A program made the translations under genes and the position numbers. Positions 49,265 through 59,588 of a DNA stretch of 64,000 bases are shown here, one piece after another. The stretch spans positions 1 to 64,000 of the forward strand of contig JAZAMN010000030.1 of the NCBI GenBank assembly GCA_036229005.1, in the 5' to 3' direction. A model generated the notes under the pieces. That model did no database searches. It was given only the letters and a program-made list of their open reading frames with translations, and had not been told where the DNA came from. This stretch comes from Myxococcota bacterium. GTDB lineage: Bacteria; Myxococcota_A; UBA796; CAJQPC01. Position 1 is the first letter of the stretch, and each line of letters starts with the position of its first letter.

Positions 49265-51079
49265 TCAGCCTCCAAAGAAGCTCAGCAGCAGGTAGGCGCT
49301 GAGCACCACCGTGGCCCAGAGGGCGGTCTCGCCGCTGGGCCAGGGCTCGCCGAAGCTGCTGTCGCCCGGCTTGAACATCTGTCCGAAGCGGTCCGCCGCG
49401 CCCTGCACCGCGCCGCCCACGACGTCCTTGGTCTTCTCGGCCGCGCGGTCGATCGCGTGCACCACCTTGGACAGGCCGCCGGGCAGCCACTTGCGGTAGA
49501 CCACGTCGACGTCCAGCACCGTGGAGCGCAGCTCGGGCGGGTACCAGCCCATCTTCTGCAGGAACACGAACGCCGCAGCGGAGCCCAGCAGGAGCTGCAT
49601 CTGGGTGACCACGTGGGTCAGGTCGTAGGCGCTGTAGTCACCCACGTCGTAGGGCAGGATGGCGTAGAGGGGGGCGGGGAACACGCCCACGGCGATGCAC
49701 AGGAAGGCCGCGATGGCCATGGCCACCAGCATGTTGCGGGGGGCCTCTCCGGTGACCTCGCGGGCCTTCTTGGAGTCGTGGGCAAAGAACGCAAAGTAGG
49801 GGATCTTGATGCCCGAGTGGTGGAACACACCCGCGCTGGCGAACAGCAGGATCAGGAAGGCCCAGGTGTAGCCCTGGTCGGCGGCCGCGGTCAGGATCAT
49901 GGACTTGGTGACAAAGCCCGAGAACAGCGGGAAGGCGGAGATGGCCATCGCGCCGACCACGGTGAACCCGGTGGTCCAGGGCATCTTGCGCCACAGGCCG
50001 CCCAGCTCGGAGCCGTTGACGGTGCCTGCGCGCAGCAGCACGGCGCCCATGCCCATGAACAGCAGGCCCTTGTACAGGATGTGGGCGAACGCGTGGGCCG
50101 CTGCGCCGTTGATGGCGAGCTCGGTGCCCACGCCCACGCCCACGACCATGTAGCCGAGCTGGTTGTTGAGGCTGTAGGCCAACACCCGCCGCAGGTCGTT
50201 CTCGATGACCGCGTAGAAGATGGGGAACGCGGTCATCGTGGCGCCGATGGGCACCAGGATCTCGGTCCCGGCAAAGCCCCGCGCCAGCGCGTAGATCGCC
50301 ATCTTGGTGGTGAAGGCGCTCATCCACACGGTGCCGGTGATGGTGGCCTCGGGGTAGGCGTCCTCCAGCCAGCTGTGCAGCATCGGGAAGGCGGCCTTGA
50401 TGCCAAAGGCCAAGAAGATCAGCAGGTTGCCCAGGCTGCCGTCCAGCCCCATCAGGTCGAAGGCCAGGGAGTCGGTCTCGGCGTAGCGGAACAGGGCGCC
50501 GGCCAGCAGCAGCACGCCCGACAGCACCTGGATCACCAGGTAGCGCATGCCCACGCGGGCAGCGCGGTTGGTTCCGCGCACCCAGATCAGGAACACGCTG
50601 GTGAGCGCGGTGAGCTCCCAGTACACGAACAGCGTGACCAGGTCGCCGGCGAACACGGCTCCGATGGCGCCGCCTGCGTAGCTGAGCCCGGCCAGGTGCT
50701 GCAGGTCATCCCGGACGCGCAGGGCGTAGATCACCGAGAGGAACGCGGCGATGTGGAAGATGGTCCCGAAGATGCGGGCCAGGCGGTCGGCGCGCACCGG
50801 CTGGAGCGCGTAGCCGAACAGCTCGGTGTCCAGCGTGAAGCCCTCAGGGAGCAGCCAGATCTGCAGCAGCCCCAGCAGGGGGAGCAGCAGCATGAAGCCG
50901 CCCTTGAGGCCAACGGGGGAGCGGCCGCGCAGGGGCCAGATGCCATCCACCGGACCCTTCTCGGGGGTGGGCACACCTGGAAACAGTGGGACGAGCAGGG
51001 CGCCCAGGATCAGCAGCAGGCCAGGGGGGAGGCTGGCCGCGATATCGCCAGCCAGGCCGGCGGACAGGGTCTCAAGCAT
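49265..51079 (-). CDS. Mrp/Mnh Na+/H+ antiporter subunit (MrpA/D-like)
   Basis: FVYWEL, HSWLEDAYPE, RRVLAYS, HILYKGLLFM. Confidence 0.88.
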   Translation of the reverse strand: MLETLSAGLAGDIAASLPPGLLLILGALLVPLFPGVPTPEKGPVDGIWPLRGRSPVGLKGGFMLLLPLLGLLQIWLLPEGFTLDTELFGYALQPVRADRLARIFGTIFHIAAFLSVIYALRVRDDLQHLAGLSYAGGAIGAVFAGDLVTLFVYWELTALTSVFLIWVRGTNRAARVGMRYLVIQVLSGVLLLAGALFRYAETDSLAFDLMGLDGSLGNLLIFLAFGIKAAFPMLHSWLEDAYPEATITGTVWMSAFTTKMAIYALARGFAGTEILVPIGATMTAFPIFYAVIENDLRRVLAYSLNNQLGYMVVGVGVGTELAINGAAAHAFAHILYKGLLFMGMGAVLLRAGTVNGSELGGLWRKMPWTTGFTVVGAMAISAFPLFSGFVTKSMILTAAADQGYTWAFLILLFASAGVFHHSGIKIPYFAFFAHDSKKAREVTGEAPRNMLVAMAIAAFLCIAVGVFPAPLYAILPYDVGDYSAYDLTHVVTQMQLLLGSAAAFVFLQKMGWYPPELRSTVLDVDVVYRKWLPGGLSKVVHAIDRAAEKTKDVVGGAVQGAADRFGQMFKPGDSSFGEPWPSGETALWATVVLSAYLLLSFFGG

Positions 51080-51545
51080 GGTGGCCCTCCTGGTCCGCGG
51101 GCTCGCTGGGCGGCTGGAAGGGGGCGTCGTCCCCGTAGTAGTCCTCGTCGCGCATCACCAGCATGCGGAGCACGCGGGCGGCCAGCACCAGGCCCACGCA
51201 GCCAGCGAACCCGTAGACCGCGTGGAAGGCCGGGACCATCTCGAATGCGTAGTGTCCGTGCTTGTGGCCGCCAAAGCCACTGTGGTCCTCGCTTGCGCTG
51301 GGATCTCCGTGGTGCTCGGCGGGCTGCTCGGGGGTGGGGTGGGCCCCGGTGTGGGAGGGCTCAGAGTGCTCCTCGCCTGCCGTCTGATGGGTCTCGGCCT
51401 CATGGCTGCCCAGGGAGGACAGCCAGCTTGGCCCGAACCACACCGCGTCGATCAGCACAAAGCCCAGGACAAGGGCCCACAGACCCCGGACGATCCACCT
51501 TACGGTGCCCAGGTCGACGCTGGGGGGGCCGTGCTCGTGGCTCAT
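51072..51545 (-). CDS. Small 2-TM His-rich Mrp-associated protein
   Basis: PAFHAVYGFAGC...MRDEDYY; overlaps both neighbours. Confidence 0.7.
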   Translation of the reverse strand: MSHEHGPPSVDLGTVRWIVRGLWALVLGFVLIDAVWFGPSWLSSLGSHEAETHQTAGEEHSEPSHTGAHPTPEQPAEHHGDPSASEDHSGFGGHKHGHYAFEMVPAFHAVYGFAGCVGLVLAARVLRMLVMRDEDYYGDDAPFQPPSEPADQEGHHA

Positions 51546-53143
51546 GGCAGGCCTCCGTTCTGGACGATGGGGCGAATGAAGGCCTCCAGCTGGGGGGCGA
51601 GCACAAAGAGCGCCACGCAGCCCAGGGCCGTGAACACGATGGGACCGAGCATCAGCAGGTGGGTCTCCCGGATGCGCGCGCCGATGGGCAGGATGGGGAC
51701 CAGGGCGGGGTCCTCGATGGACTTCTCGTCGGGGTAGCCGTGGCCGTGATGGTCGTCGGCGTGGTGGGCGTCCCCGTGGTCGTCGTGGTGGGCGTGGTCG
51801 TCGTGGTGGTGGGCCTGGGCGTCCTCGGGCAGGAAGAAGGCTCGGACCACGATGGGCATCAGGTAGCCGATGGCCAGCAGCGAGCTGAGCATGTAGACGC
51901 CGACGAAGATGTAGTCCTGGGGCTGAGTCGTGGCGCCGATGGCCATGAACCACTTGGCCCAGGAGCCGCCTCCGGGGGGCAGGCCGATGATCGAGAAGCT
52001 GGCGATGGTGAACGCCGTGAACATCACGGGCATCTTGCGGCCCAGGCCGTTGAGCTCACTGACCTTGGACTTGTGCACCGAGACCAGGCAGGCGCCGGCG
52101 ACAAAGAACAGGGTGATCTTGCCCATCGCGTGCATGGCGATGTGCATGCTGGCGCCGACCACGCTGTCCGGGGTGACCAGCATCGCGCCGAGCACGATGT
52201 AGGCGAGCTGGGAGATGGTGGAGTACGCCAGCCGGGCCTTGAAGTTGTCCAGGGTCAGCGCGACGACGCTGGAGATCAGGATGGTGCCGGCGGCCACCCA
52301 CTTGAGGATGTCGCTGCCGCCGGTGCTGTAGAGCAACTCCAGCCCGAAGATGTAGATGACCACCTTGAGGATGGTGAACACGCCGGCCTTGACCACCGCG
52401 ACGGCGTGGAGCAGCGCGGAGACCGGCGTGGGGGCCACCATGGCGTTGGGGAGCCAGCGGTGGAAGGGCATCAGGGCGGCCTTGCCGGCGCCGAACGCGA
52501 AGAGCCCCAGCAGGATGGGGATCATCGGGCCGTCGACCTTGGAGGCCAGGATGCCGCCCGGGGTGAAGTCGAGCGTGCCCGTGAGGCTGTAGGTCCACAG
52601 CACACCCAGCAGGAGCAGCCCCACCGAGGTGCTGACCAGGATGCCCAGGTAGATGCGCCCGGCGCGGCGGGCGGCCTCGTTCCCGGCGTGGGTGACCAGC
52701 GGGTAGGTCGAGAAGGTCAGCACTTCGTAGAACAGGAAGAGCGTGAACAGGTTGGCCGACATCGCGATGCCCAGCGCAGCGAAGATGGCCAGCGCGAAGC
52801 TGATGTAGAAGCGGGTCTGGTTGGTCTCGCCGTGGCCCCGCATGTAGCCGAAGGCGTACAGGGAGGTGGGCCCCCACAGGCCAGAGGCCACCAGCGCATA
52901 CAGCAGGCCCAGGGGCTCGAGCTTGAAGGCCAGGGGCACGTTCTCGAACACGTGGAAGAACACGACCTCCGGGCGGGCGCCGGCGGAGATCTCGGGGACC
53001 ATGGCCACCACGCAGCCAAAGGTCAGCAGCGCGGCCATCACCATCAACGCGTCGCGCAGATCCGGGATCTTGCGCGCGAAGAACATCAGGGGCACCACCC
53101 CCAAGGGGATGAAGAAGGCCACCATCATCAAGGTGCCAGCCAT
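51542..53143 (-). CDS. Mrp antiporter subunit D-family
   Basis: HRWLPNAMVAPTPVSALLHAVAVVKAG; His/Asp-rich loop. Confidence 0.88.
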   Translation of the reverse strand: MAGTLMMVAFFIPLGVVPLMFFARKIPDLRDALMVMAALLTFGCVVAMVPEISAGARPEVVFFHVFENVPLAFKLEPLGLLYALVASGLWGPTSLYAFGYMRGHGETNQTRFYISFALAIFAALGIAMSANLFTLFLFYEVLTFSTYPLVTHAGNEAARRAGRIYLGILVSTSVGLLLLGVLWTYSLTGTLDFTPGGILASKVDGPMIPILLGLFAFGAGKAALMPFHRWLPNAMVAPTPVSALLHAVAVVKAGVFTILKVVIYIFGLELLYSTGGSDILKWVAAGTILISSVVALTLDNFKARLAYSTISQLAYIVLGAMLVTPDSVVGASMHIAMHAMGKITLFFVAGACLVSVHKSKVSELNGLGRKMPVMFTAFTIASFSIIGLPPGGGSWAKWFMAIGATTQPQDYIFVGVYMLSSLLAIGYLMPIVVRAFFLPEDAQAHHHDDHAHHDDHGDAHHADDHHGHGYPDEKSIEDPALVPILPIGARIRETHLLMLGPIVFTALGCVALFVLAPQLEAFIRPIVQNGGLP

Positions 53144-54622
53144 CTACTCAACCCCCATCAGGCTCGCGGCGGCCTTCATGGCGACCTGTCCGGTCCACTC
53201 GGTCCACAGGCCGAACACCACCGTGGCGCCGACCATCACGTAGGTGGGCCACAGCATGGAGAAGGGGGCCTCGCGGGCATCCTCCACTTCTGCGGAGGGC
53301 TCCTTGAGGTAGGCGACCTCGACCACCTTCCAGACGTAGCCCACGGCCAGCAGGCTGGAGCCCAGAGTCAGGGCGGCGAGCCACCACTGGCCGGCGTCCA
53401 GGGAGGCCTGGACCAGGTACCACTTGGAGATGAAGCCAGCGGTGCCGGGCACACCGATGAGCGAGAGGCCGCCCACGACAAAGGCCAGCATGGTCCAGGG
53501 CATCTTGCGGCCCAGGCCGGCCATGTCCTCGATCCTGGAGGAGTTCAGCCGGTAGGTGATGTTGGCCACCACCAGGAACAGGGCGCCCTTCATCAGGCCG
53601 TGATTGAAGAGGTGGACCAGACCGCCTGCCAGACCAAGCTGGCTGTTCATGCTCAGGCCCAGGGTCATGTACCCGATCTGGGCCATGGAGCTGTAGGCGA
53701 GCAGCCGCTTGATGTGGGTCTGGTACATCGCGGCGATGGAGCCCACGAACATGGCGACCACGGACAGGGGCAGCAGCAGCCACTCCAGGTGCACCGTGCC
53801 GAACACGAAGGCGGCGCCGAAGATGGTGAACACCACCCGGACCAGCACGAAGTAGCTGACCTTGGTCGCCGTCGCGCTCAGGAAGGCGCTGACCACGCTG
53901 GGGGCGTAGGTGTAGGCGTTGGGCATCCACTGGTGCAGCGGGAACACCGCCAGCTTGATGGAGCTGCCGACCACCAGGAAGCCAAAGGCCAGCAGCACCG
54001 TGCGGGTGTGCATGACCGGCTCCAGGCGCTGGGCCAGATCCGACATGTTGAGCGTGCCGGTCATCTGGTAGAGAAGGCCGACACCGAGCAGGATGAAGGT
54101 GCCGCCGATGGTGCCCATCACCAGGTAGGAGAAGGCCGCCGTCAGGGCCCTGCGGCCCTTGCCCAGAGCGATCAGCGTGTACGAGGACAGCGAGGTGATC
54201 TCGACGAACACGAACACGTTGAAGGCGTCCCCGGTGACCGAGATGCCCAGCAGGCCGGTCATGCAGAGCAGGAACGCCGTGTAGAACAGGTACTGGCGCG
54301 ACTCCGGGATGGCCAGGCTCGCGGAGCCGGGGCCATAGGGGAGCACCAGCGAGGCGATGCCGGTGACGATCACCGCCAGGAAGGCGTTGGCGATGTCGAC
54401 CCGCAGCTCGATGCCCAGGGGCTGCTCCCAGCCGCCCAGGGCGTAGGAGATCGCACCGGTCTCCAGGGTCGTGGAGAGCAGGGTGATGGCGATGGCCAGG
54501 GAGACCCAAGCGATGCCGGTGGCCCACACCCGCACGACGCCAGGGCGCCGAAGGAAGAGGGAGAGGGGGGCCGCCAGCAGGGGAATCGCCACTTGCAGGG
54601 CGGGGAGGTGGTCGCGGATCAC
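53144..54622 (-). CDS. mrpD: Mrp antiporter subunit D
   Basis: DAFNVFVFVEI, PLHQWMPNAY, KRLLAYSS. Confidence 0.9.
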   Translation of the reverse strand: MIRDHLPALQVAIPLLAAPLSLFLRRPGVVRVWATGIAWVSLAIAITLLSTTLETGAISYALGGWEQPLGIELRVDIANAFLAVIVTGIASLVLPYGPGSASLAIPESRQYLFYTAFLLCMTGLLGISVTGDAFNVFVFVEITSLSSYTLIALGKGRRALTAAFSYLVMGTIGGTFILLGVGLLYQMTGTLNMSDLAQRLEPVMHTRTVLLAFGFLVVGSSIKLAVFPLHQWMPNAYTYAPSVVSAFLSATATKVSYFVLVRVVFTIFGAAFVFGTVHLEWLLLPLSVVAMFVGSIAAMYQTHIKRLLAYSSMAQIGYMTLGLSMNSQLGLAGGLVHLFNHGLMKGALFLVVANITYRLNSSRIEDMAGLGRKMPWTMLAFVVGGLSLIGVPGTAGFISKWYLVQASLDAGQWWLAALTLGSSLLAVGYVWKVVEVAYLKEPSAEVEDAREAPFSMLWPTYVMVGATVVFGLWTEWTGQVAMKAAASLMGVE

Positions 54623-55011
54623 GCGTCCTCCCGCGCGTCGATGGCCACGAGCTCGTCCTCTTCCACCGTTCCGTATGCCTCCTGGATCCGGACCACGAGG
54701 GCCAGACCCAGCGCCGTCGTCGCGATGCCGACCACGATGGCCGTGAGCATCAACACGTGGGGGATGGGGTTGGAGAACACCTGCTCAGCGTGCTCTGCGC
54801 CGTGCTCGCCGTGCATGTCCTCGAAGATGGGGGCGGTGCCGCCCAGGACCTTGCCGAGCGCCACGTAGAACATGATGACGCTGACCTGGAAGATGTTCAG
54901 GCCCATCACCTTCTTCACCAGGTTCTCCCGGGAGATCACGGTGTAGAGCCCGATCATCATCAACAAGATGACCACCACGTAGATCCACAGGCCGGCTGCG
55001 GATTCCATCAT
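54619..55011 (-). CDS. mrpC: Mrp antiporter subunit C
   Basis: NLVKKVMGL, NPIPHVLMLTAIVVG. Confidence 0.9.
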   Translation of the reverse strand: MMESAAGLWIYVVVILLMMIGLYTVISRENLVKKVMGLNIFQVSVIMFYVALGKVLGGTAPIFEDMHGEHGAEHAEQVFSNPIPHVLMLTAIVVGIATTALGLALVVRIQEAYGTVEEDELVAIDAREDA

Positions 55012-55475
55012 CGAGAGCTCCTCTGGGGAGGCAGGGGCTTGACCCGCTCCCGGCCGGCGAAGGCGTAGAAGATGGTGGTCATGGCCGCGGTCACGGTGAT
55101 GCCCACGCCCCCCTCGATGAGCAGCAGTCCGTAGTGCTCGCCGTGGTGGGGGTCGATGGCCTTGTACTCCAGGAACTGGCCGCCCAGGAAGAGGGTCCAG
55201 ATGCCCACGCCGCCGTAGAGCAGCACGCCCAGGGCGGTCAGGATCTCCACCAGGCGGGGGGGGACGGCGCGCTTGAGCGCGTCCAGCCCTTCGACCAGCC
55301 CATAGAGCACCAGGCCCGCGGCGAAGATCACGCCAGCCTGGAAGCCACCGCCTGGGCCAAAGTCACCGTGGAACTGCACGTAGAGCGCAAAGAGCAGGAT
55401 GAAGGGGAGCAGGTGGCGCGAGACCTCCCGCAGGATCACCATCTCGGACATGCGCATGGGGGCCTTGGAGCTCAC
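55008..55475 (-). CDS. mrpB: Mrp antiporter subunit B (MnhB domain)
   Basis: HGDFGPGGGFQAG. Confidence 0.9.
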   Translation of the reverse strand: MSSKAPMRMSEMVILREVSRHLLPFILLFALYVQFHGDFGPGGGFQAGVIFAAGLVLYGLVEGLDALKRAVPPRLVEILTALGVLLYGGVGIWTLFLGGQFLEYKAIDPHHGEHYGLLLIEGGVGITVTAAMTTIFYAFAGRERVKPLPPQRSSR

Positions 55476-56059
55476 TCCTCACCTCCGTGCGCGGCGTCGT
55501 CGCCGGCCTCTTGAGCGGCGTCCTCCAGGGGGAGCGCGTCCTCGTCCTGTCGGCGGTGGGCCAGCAGCAGCATCACGCCGGTCGCGGCGGTGAAGATCAC
55601 CGTGGTCTCACCGAAGGTGTCGTAGCCACGGTAGGAGCCCAGCACCGCGGTCACGATGTTGGGGATGTGGAAGTGCTCCAGGGTGCCTTCGATGTAGGCC
55701 GGCGCCAGGTAGTGGTGGATGGGCGCGCCCGGATCCGAGTAGTGCGGCATGTCCGCGATGCCCCAGAGCAGGACTAGGCCCATCAGCACGACCACCGCAA
55801 GGGGCAGGACCTTGAAGCGCCCCTGCCGCTCGTGGGTGGGCGTCAGCGCGAGGGTCCCCAGGAAGAGCACCGTCGAGATGCCCGCGCCGACGGCCGCCTC
55901 GGTGAACGCGACGTCCACCGCGTCCATCAGGGTGAACAGCCCAGCCGAGATCAGCGAGAAGATGCCGGAGAGCATCGCAGCCGCCAGCAGGCTTCGGGTG
56001 CGGATGATGACCACCGCCATGGCCAGCAGGAAGGCGAACAGGATGGGTTCGACGGTCAC
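55472..56059 (-). CDS. Mrp subunit B N-terminal part (DUF4040)
   Basis: DVAFTEAAVGAG, NIVTAVLGSYRGYDTFGE. Confidence 0.88.
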   Translation of the reverse strand: MTVEPILFAFLLAMAVVIIRTRSLLAAAMLSGIFSLISAGLFTLMDAVDVAFTEAAVGAGISTVLFLGTLALTPTHERQGRFKVLPLAVVVLMGLVLLWGIADMPHYSDPGAPIHHYLAPAYIEGTLEHFHIPNIVTAVLGSYRGYDTFGETTVIFTAATGVMLLLAHRRQDEDALPLEDAAQEAGDDAAHGGEE

Positions 56060-56415
56060 TGGGGCGCCTCTTCGTTCTCGTCCACCGCCTGGGCCTTGTC
56101 ATCGTCCCAGCGCAGCCCGCGGGCGTAGGCCGCCTTGACCAGGGCGTGGCCGCTGGTGGGGCTGGAGATCAGCAGGAAGACCCCGATGGCGAAGAGCTTG
56201 ACCAGCACAAGCCAGTCGCCCTCCAGGAAGTGCGGGAGGGTCTGCACGCCCAGCCCGGCCAACATCAGGCTGGCGCCCAGGGTGTCCGTCAGGGAGGCCC
56301 CGTGGGTGCGCGTGTAGAAGTCGGGGAGGCGGAGGATGCCGATTCCGCCGATGACACAGAAGATGCCGCCGCTCACCAGCAGCACCCAGGAGACGATGTC
56401 CAGGGCCAGGATCAC
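56056..56415 (-). CDS. mrpG: Mrp antiporter subunit G
   Basis: RLPDFYTRTHG, PTSGHAL. Confidence 0.9.
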   Translation of the reverse strand: MILALDIVSWVLLVSGGIFCVIGGIGILRLPDFYTRTHGASLTDTLGASLMLAGLGVQTLPHFLEGDWLVLVKLFAIGVFLLISSPTSGHALVKAAYARGLRWDDDKAQAVDENEEAPQ

Positions 56416-56696
56416 AGGCGCCTCCGGGGCCGCTGGTCGTCGCGGGCCAGGCTGCCGAAGCGGGCGTACTTGAGGATGGCGACCGTGCCGATGAAGTTCA
56501 TCAGCGCGTAGATCAGCGCCAGGTCCAGGAAGTCGGGCCGGCCGACCAGGAAGCCCGCGACCGCGATCAGCAGGACCGTCTTGGTCCCGAACATGTTGAG
56601 CGCCAGGATCCGGTCGAACACCGTCGGGCCCAGCACCGCGCGGGTGAAGGCCAACGCCATGGTGACCAGCACCGCGCTCATCGCCGCCCAGAACAT
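56412..56696 (-). CDS. mrpF: Mrp antiporter subunit F
   Basis: GPTVFDRILA. Confidence 0.9.
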   Translation of the reverse strand: MFWAAMSAVLVTMALAFTRAVLGPTVFDRILALNMFGTKTVLLIAVAGFLVGRPDFLDLALIYALMNFIGTVAILKYARFGSLARDDQRPRRRL

Positions 56697-57184
56697 CAGG
56701 CCTTCCCCGGGGCGCTCTGCCCCTCGACCCGCTGGCACTTGCGGTCCATGGTCCCTTCCTGCACGCCCTCGGCGGTGTCCTGGGTCAGCGCGTGCACCAG
56801 CAAGCTCCCGTCCCGCAGGTCCAGCGTGATGGTGCCCGGGGTCAGGGTGATGCTGTTTGCGTAGAGCGTCTGGCCCAGGGGGGTCTTGGGGCCGCAGGGC
56901 ACGCGGATGAGCTGCGGCTTGATCGGCATCTTGGGCGAGAGGATGACCCGCGCCACGTGCAGGTTGGAGAGCAGGATCTCCTTGAACAGGTAGGGCAGGT
57001 ACAGCAGCAGCCGCAGCCAGAACCCACTGTTCGACCCCTTCTCGTCCGCCCCCAGGCGGCGGGTCAGCAGCGCGACGAAGGCGCTGGAGGCCACCCCGAA
57101 GCCGATGGTGAGCGGCTCGTACACCCCGGACCACGAGAGCCAGGTGGCCAGCAGGACGACGAAGATGATCAGAGTGCGCGCCAA
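56696..57184 (-). CDS. mrpE: Mrp antiporter subunit E
   Basis: ANSITLTPGT. TTG start inferred. Confidence 0.88.
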   Translation of the reverse strand: MARTLIIFVVLLATWLSWSGVYEPLTIGFGVASSAFVALLTRRLGADEKGSNSGFWLRLLLYLPYLFKEILLSNLHVARVILSPKMPIKPQLIRVPCGPKTPLGQTLYANSITLTPGTITLDLRDGSLLVHALTQDTAEGVQEGTMDRKCQRVEGQSAPGKA

Positions 57185-57275
57185 GAGCGAAGAGGCTCCC
57201 AATGAGGGCGCGATTAAAGCACGAAGGCGGGGCCTGACCCCCGGACTGCACAGTCCGTTGACACCCCGACGATCC

Positions 57276-58832
57276 TCAATGGATCCCGCCATCGGCCTGA
57301 AACAGAGGAGGGGCCGCCAGGAGACTCGGGCCGCACTGGAGGGGTGCTTCGGCGTCAGAATCCTGTTTCGCCCGTTGTTTCAAGAGTTCTTCAAGCGGTG
57401 CCCCGGCCTCCTGGGCCAGGCGATCCGCCAGCTCAGGGTGCCCACAGCCCGATGCCCACGCCGCCGCGTGTCCGGGGAGGGGTTGGGCCGATGCGCGGAT
57501 CCCCTGACAAGCCAGCAGATCCGCCCGCAACGCCAGCGACTCCGGGAGCGGAGCGAGATCCCGGCTGCGCTCCATGGCTGTCCCCACCGCTCCGGCCTGT
57601 GCCAGGCCGGCCACCTCCTCCCACCCAGCCCACAGCAGGATCTCGTCCTCGGCGAGGACAGACTGGGGCGTCCCCGCCAGCGCCCCAGGACCGCAGTCCC
57701 CGATGCTCGCCGTGCGCCCCCCCGCGCTCAGGGTCCAGGCACCGGAGCTGCTGCGGGTGACCTCGACGGGGACGCCAGCCAGTTGCCCGATGGTGTGCGC
57801 CGCAAGGGCGGTAGCGGCGGGAGGACCTCCTCCGTAGCGCAAGGCCACCGCTGGATCCCCCCGTTGACCGGCCCCATGCGCCAGAGGCCCGTAGCTGTGG
57901 CCCGGATGCGCGACCAAGCCCAGCAGGCGGCCCGCCGGATCGGGGGCCTGGGCGACGCTCTCGGCCAGTGCGTGGAACAGCGGCAGATCGCCCTCGTGGA
58001 CGCCCGGCAGCGGGGGGAGGGGAGCCGGTGCCAGCTCGGGCTCCAGCAGCGCCAACAGCATCGCCATACACGCAGGATCGGGGCTCGAGCAGTCGCTGTC
58101 GTGGTCCTGCAGCGCCAGCAGCGCCGGGGTGTCCAGCTCCTGGATGGGGCGGCCGTCCTGCAGGCGTGTCCGGGCCTCGCTGATCTCCGCGGGCGTCAGA
58201 CCGAGCCCGTCCAGCGCCCCCGCCACCAGCAGCTCGGGCAGGCCGTTCAGCGGGTCGTTCTCGGGGACCAAGGTCGGCCACCGAAGCTCCCGCTCCAAGG
58301 CCGCAGCCAGCTCTCCAGCCGCTTGGGGGTTGCCCTGAGCGAATGCCAGCGCCGCATGCAGCCCCGTGGGATCCGGGGGAATCGCACCCTCGAGCTCCAG
58401 GAACATCGTCTGGGTAAGCGCCTGGCGGCTCCCGGGACCCAGGCGACCGCGCTGCAGCTCTTCGGCCACACGGGGCCGGTACTGGGACGGCTCCTCGCGC
58501 AGCAGGACCCGCGCCCCTCGGAGCTGCAGGCTCTCCGGGCCCACGACATCGGTCAGCGCGTTGTCTGCGAGCCATGTCAGGACCGCCGGGTGTTCACGGG
58601 AGAGCGCCTCAAGGTGGCCGCAGGGGTCCATCGACTCCCGATCCAGCAGCGCGATGAGCTCCGCGTCGGTGAGGGAGGGGAGCTGGGTGCACGGAGCGCT
58701 CGTGAGCACCGCCTGGGCTCGGTCCCCCACCCAAGGCAGCTTGGCTCTGCGCGCCGGCGAGGACATCAGCAGCGCGACCCCGCCGAGCACGGCGGCGGAG
58801 ATCAGGCCCAGGAGCTGTCCTTTGCTTGGCAC
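57276..58832 (-). CDS. Hypothetical protein with N-terminal anchor
   Basis: 518-aa ORF with N-terminal hydrophobic helix; no family recognised. Confidence 0.55.
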   Translation of the reverse strand: MPSKGQLLGLISAAVLGGVALLMSSPARRAKLPWVGDRAQAVLTSAPCTQLPSLTDAELIALLDRESMDPCGHLEALSREHPAVLTWLADNALTDVVGPESLQLRGARVLLREEPSQYRPRVAEELQRGRLGPGSRQALTQTMFLELEGAIPPDPTGLHAALAFAQGNPQAAGELAAALERELRWPTLVPENDPLNGLPELLVAGALDGLGLTPAEISEARTRLQDGRPIQELDTPALLALQDHDSDCSSPDPACMAMLLALLEPELAPAPLPPLPGVHEGDLPLFHALAESVAQAPDPAGRLLGLVAHPGHSYGPLAHGAGQRGDPAVALRYGGGPPAATALAAHTIGQLAGVPVEVTRSSSGAWTLSAGGRTASIGDCGPGALAGTPQSVLAEDEILLWAGWEEVAGLAQAGAVGTAMERSRDLAPLPESLALRADLLACQGIRASAQPLPGHAAAWASGCGHPELADRLAQEAGAPLEELLKQRAKQDSDAEAPLQCGPSLLAAPPLFQADGGIH

Positions 58833-59448
58833 CCCTTCAAGCTAACCGCCCTCTGGAGGCCGTCAGGTCCCCACGCACGAAGAGGGTGGGCGAAGGGGCT
58901 CGCCCACCCTGTCCGTCGTGCTGAATCCTGCCCGCCGGATCTCCCGCGGCGCATCGGCACCCGTTTGGCTGGGCGCGACCCGGAGGACCCGGGCTGGGGC
59001 GGAGCGGCCCCGAGGCGTGGACGCTGGTGCCTGAACAGGCTGCGCTGCGGTCGTGAAAGGAAGGATTGGCCCCGCCCCGCGGCCCTTGGGGGGCTGCGGA
59101 GCGGGAGGGTCGGTCTGAGCGCGCGCCCCGAAGCGAGGCGGATTCTCAGGGGCCGGGCTGCCGGTCTCCCAGGGGGGAGGGGGAGGTGGGGGCAGCGGTG
59201 TGAGGGCGGGGTCCGGTGTGGCCTGGCGGGTCAGCGGGAGGGACTGCGGCAACGGGAGATCAGGCACATCGGAGCCGGGCGCAGGAGAGGCGATGAGCCT
59301 TCCAGCGGGGGGAGCTGGGAGTCTCGGATTCGCGCTTGGGTTCCCCTGTGCGGCGACCTGATGTTTGTACCGGTTCATGGGGGCAGGGTCAACGCGAAGA
59401 ACTCCGATGACAGGCCGATCTACGGGCGCTAAGGGGCCTCGCTTGGGC

Positions 59449-59588
59449 TGTGGACAACTCTGGTCGAAGGGCCCTGGATCCGCGCCCTGATCGGGGTCCT
59501 CGATCCGGACCCGGGGTGTGGAAATCGGGGGCTGATTTCGGACCCTTTCACCCTCCCTGGCAAGGATCTGTGGACAACCTGTGGGGAA
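59449..59588. promoter_or_regulatory. Cluster of DnaA-box-like 9-mers
   Basis: TGTGGACAA (59449 and 59569), TGTGGAAAT (59517), TGTGGGGAA (59580), all in the same orientation. Confidence 0.6.

Noticed and set aside
48431..54868. 2145-aa plus-strand ORF
   Set aside because: Mostly an antisense shadow of the Mrp operon (and off-frame over btpA) caused by high-GC codon bias; no recognisable domains.
49265..55011. NADH dehydrogenase or hydrogenase membrane arm
   Set aside because: MrpE/F/G/B are present and no Fe-S or catalytic subunits are, so this is an Mrp antiporter.
59449..59588. Definitive oriC
   Set aside because: No dnaA, dnaN or gidA neighbours and no clear AT-rich unwinding element; kept only as a DnaA-box cluster.
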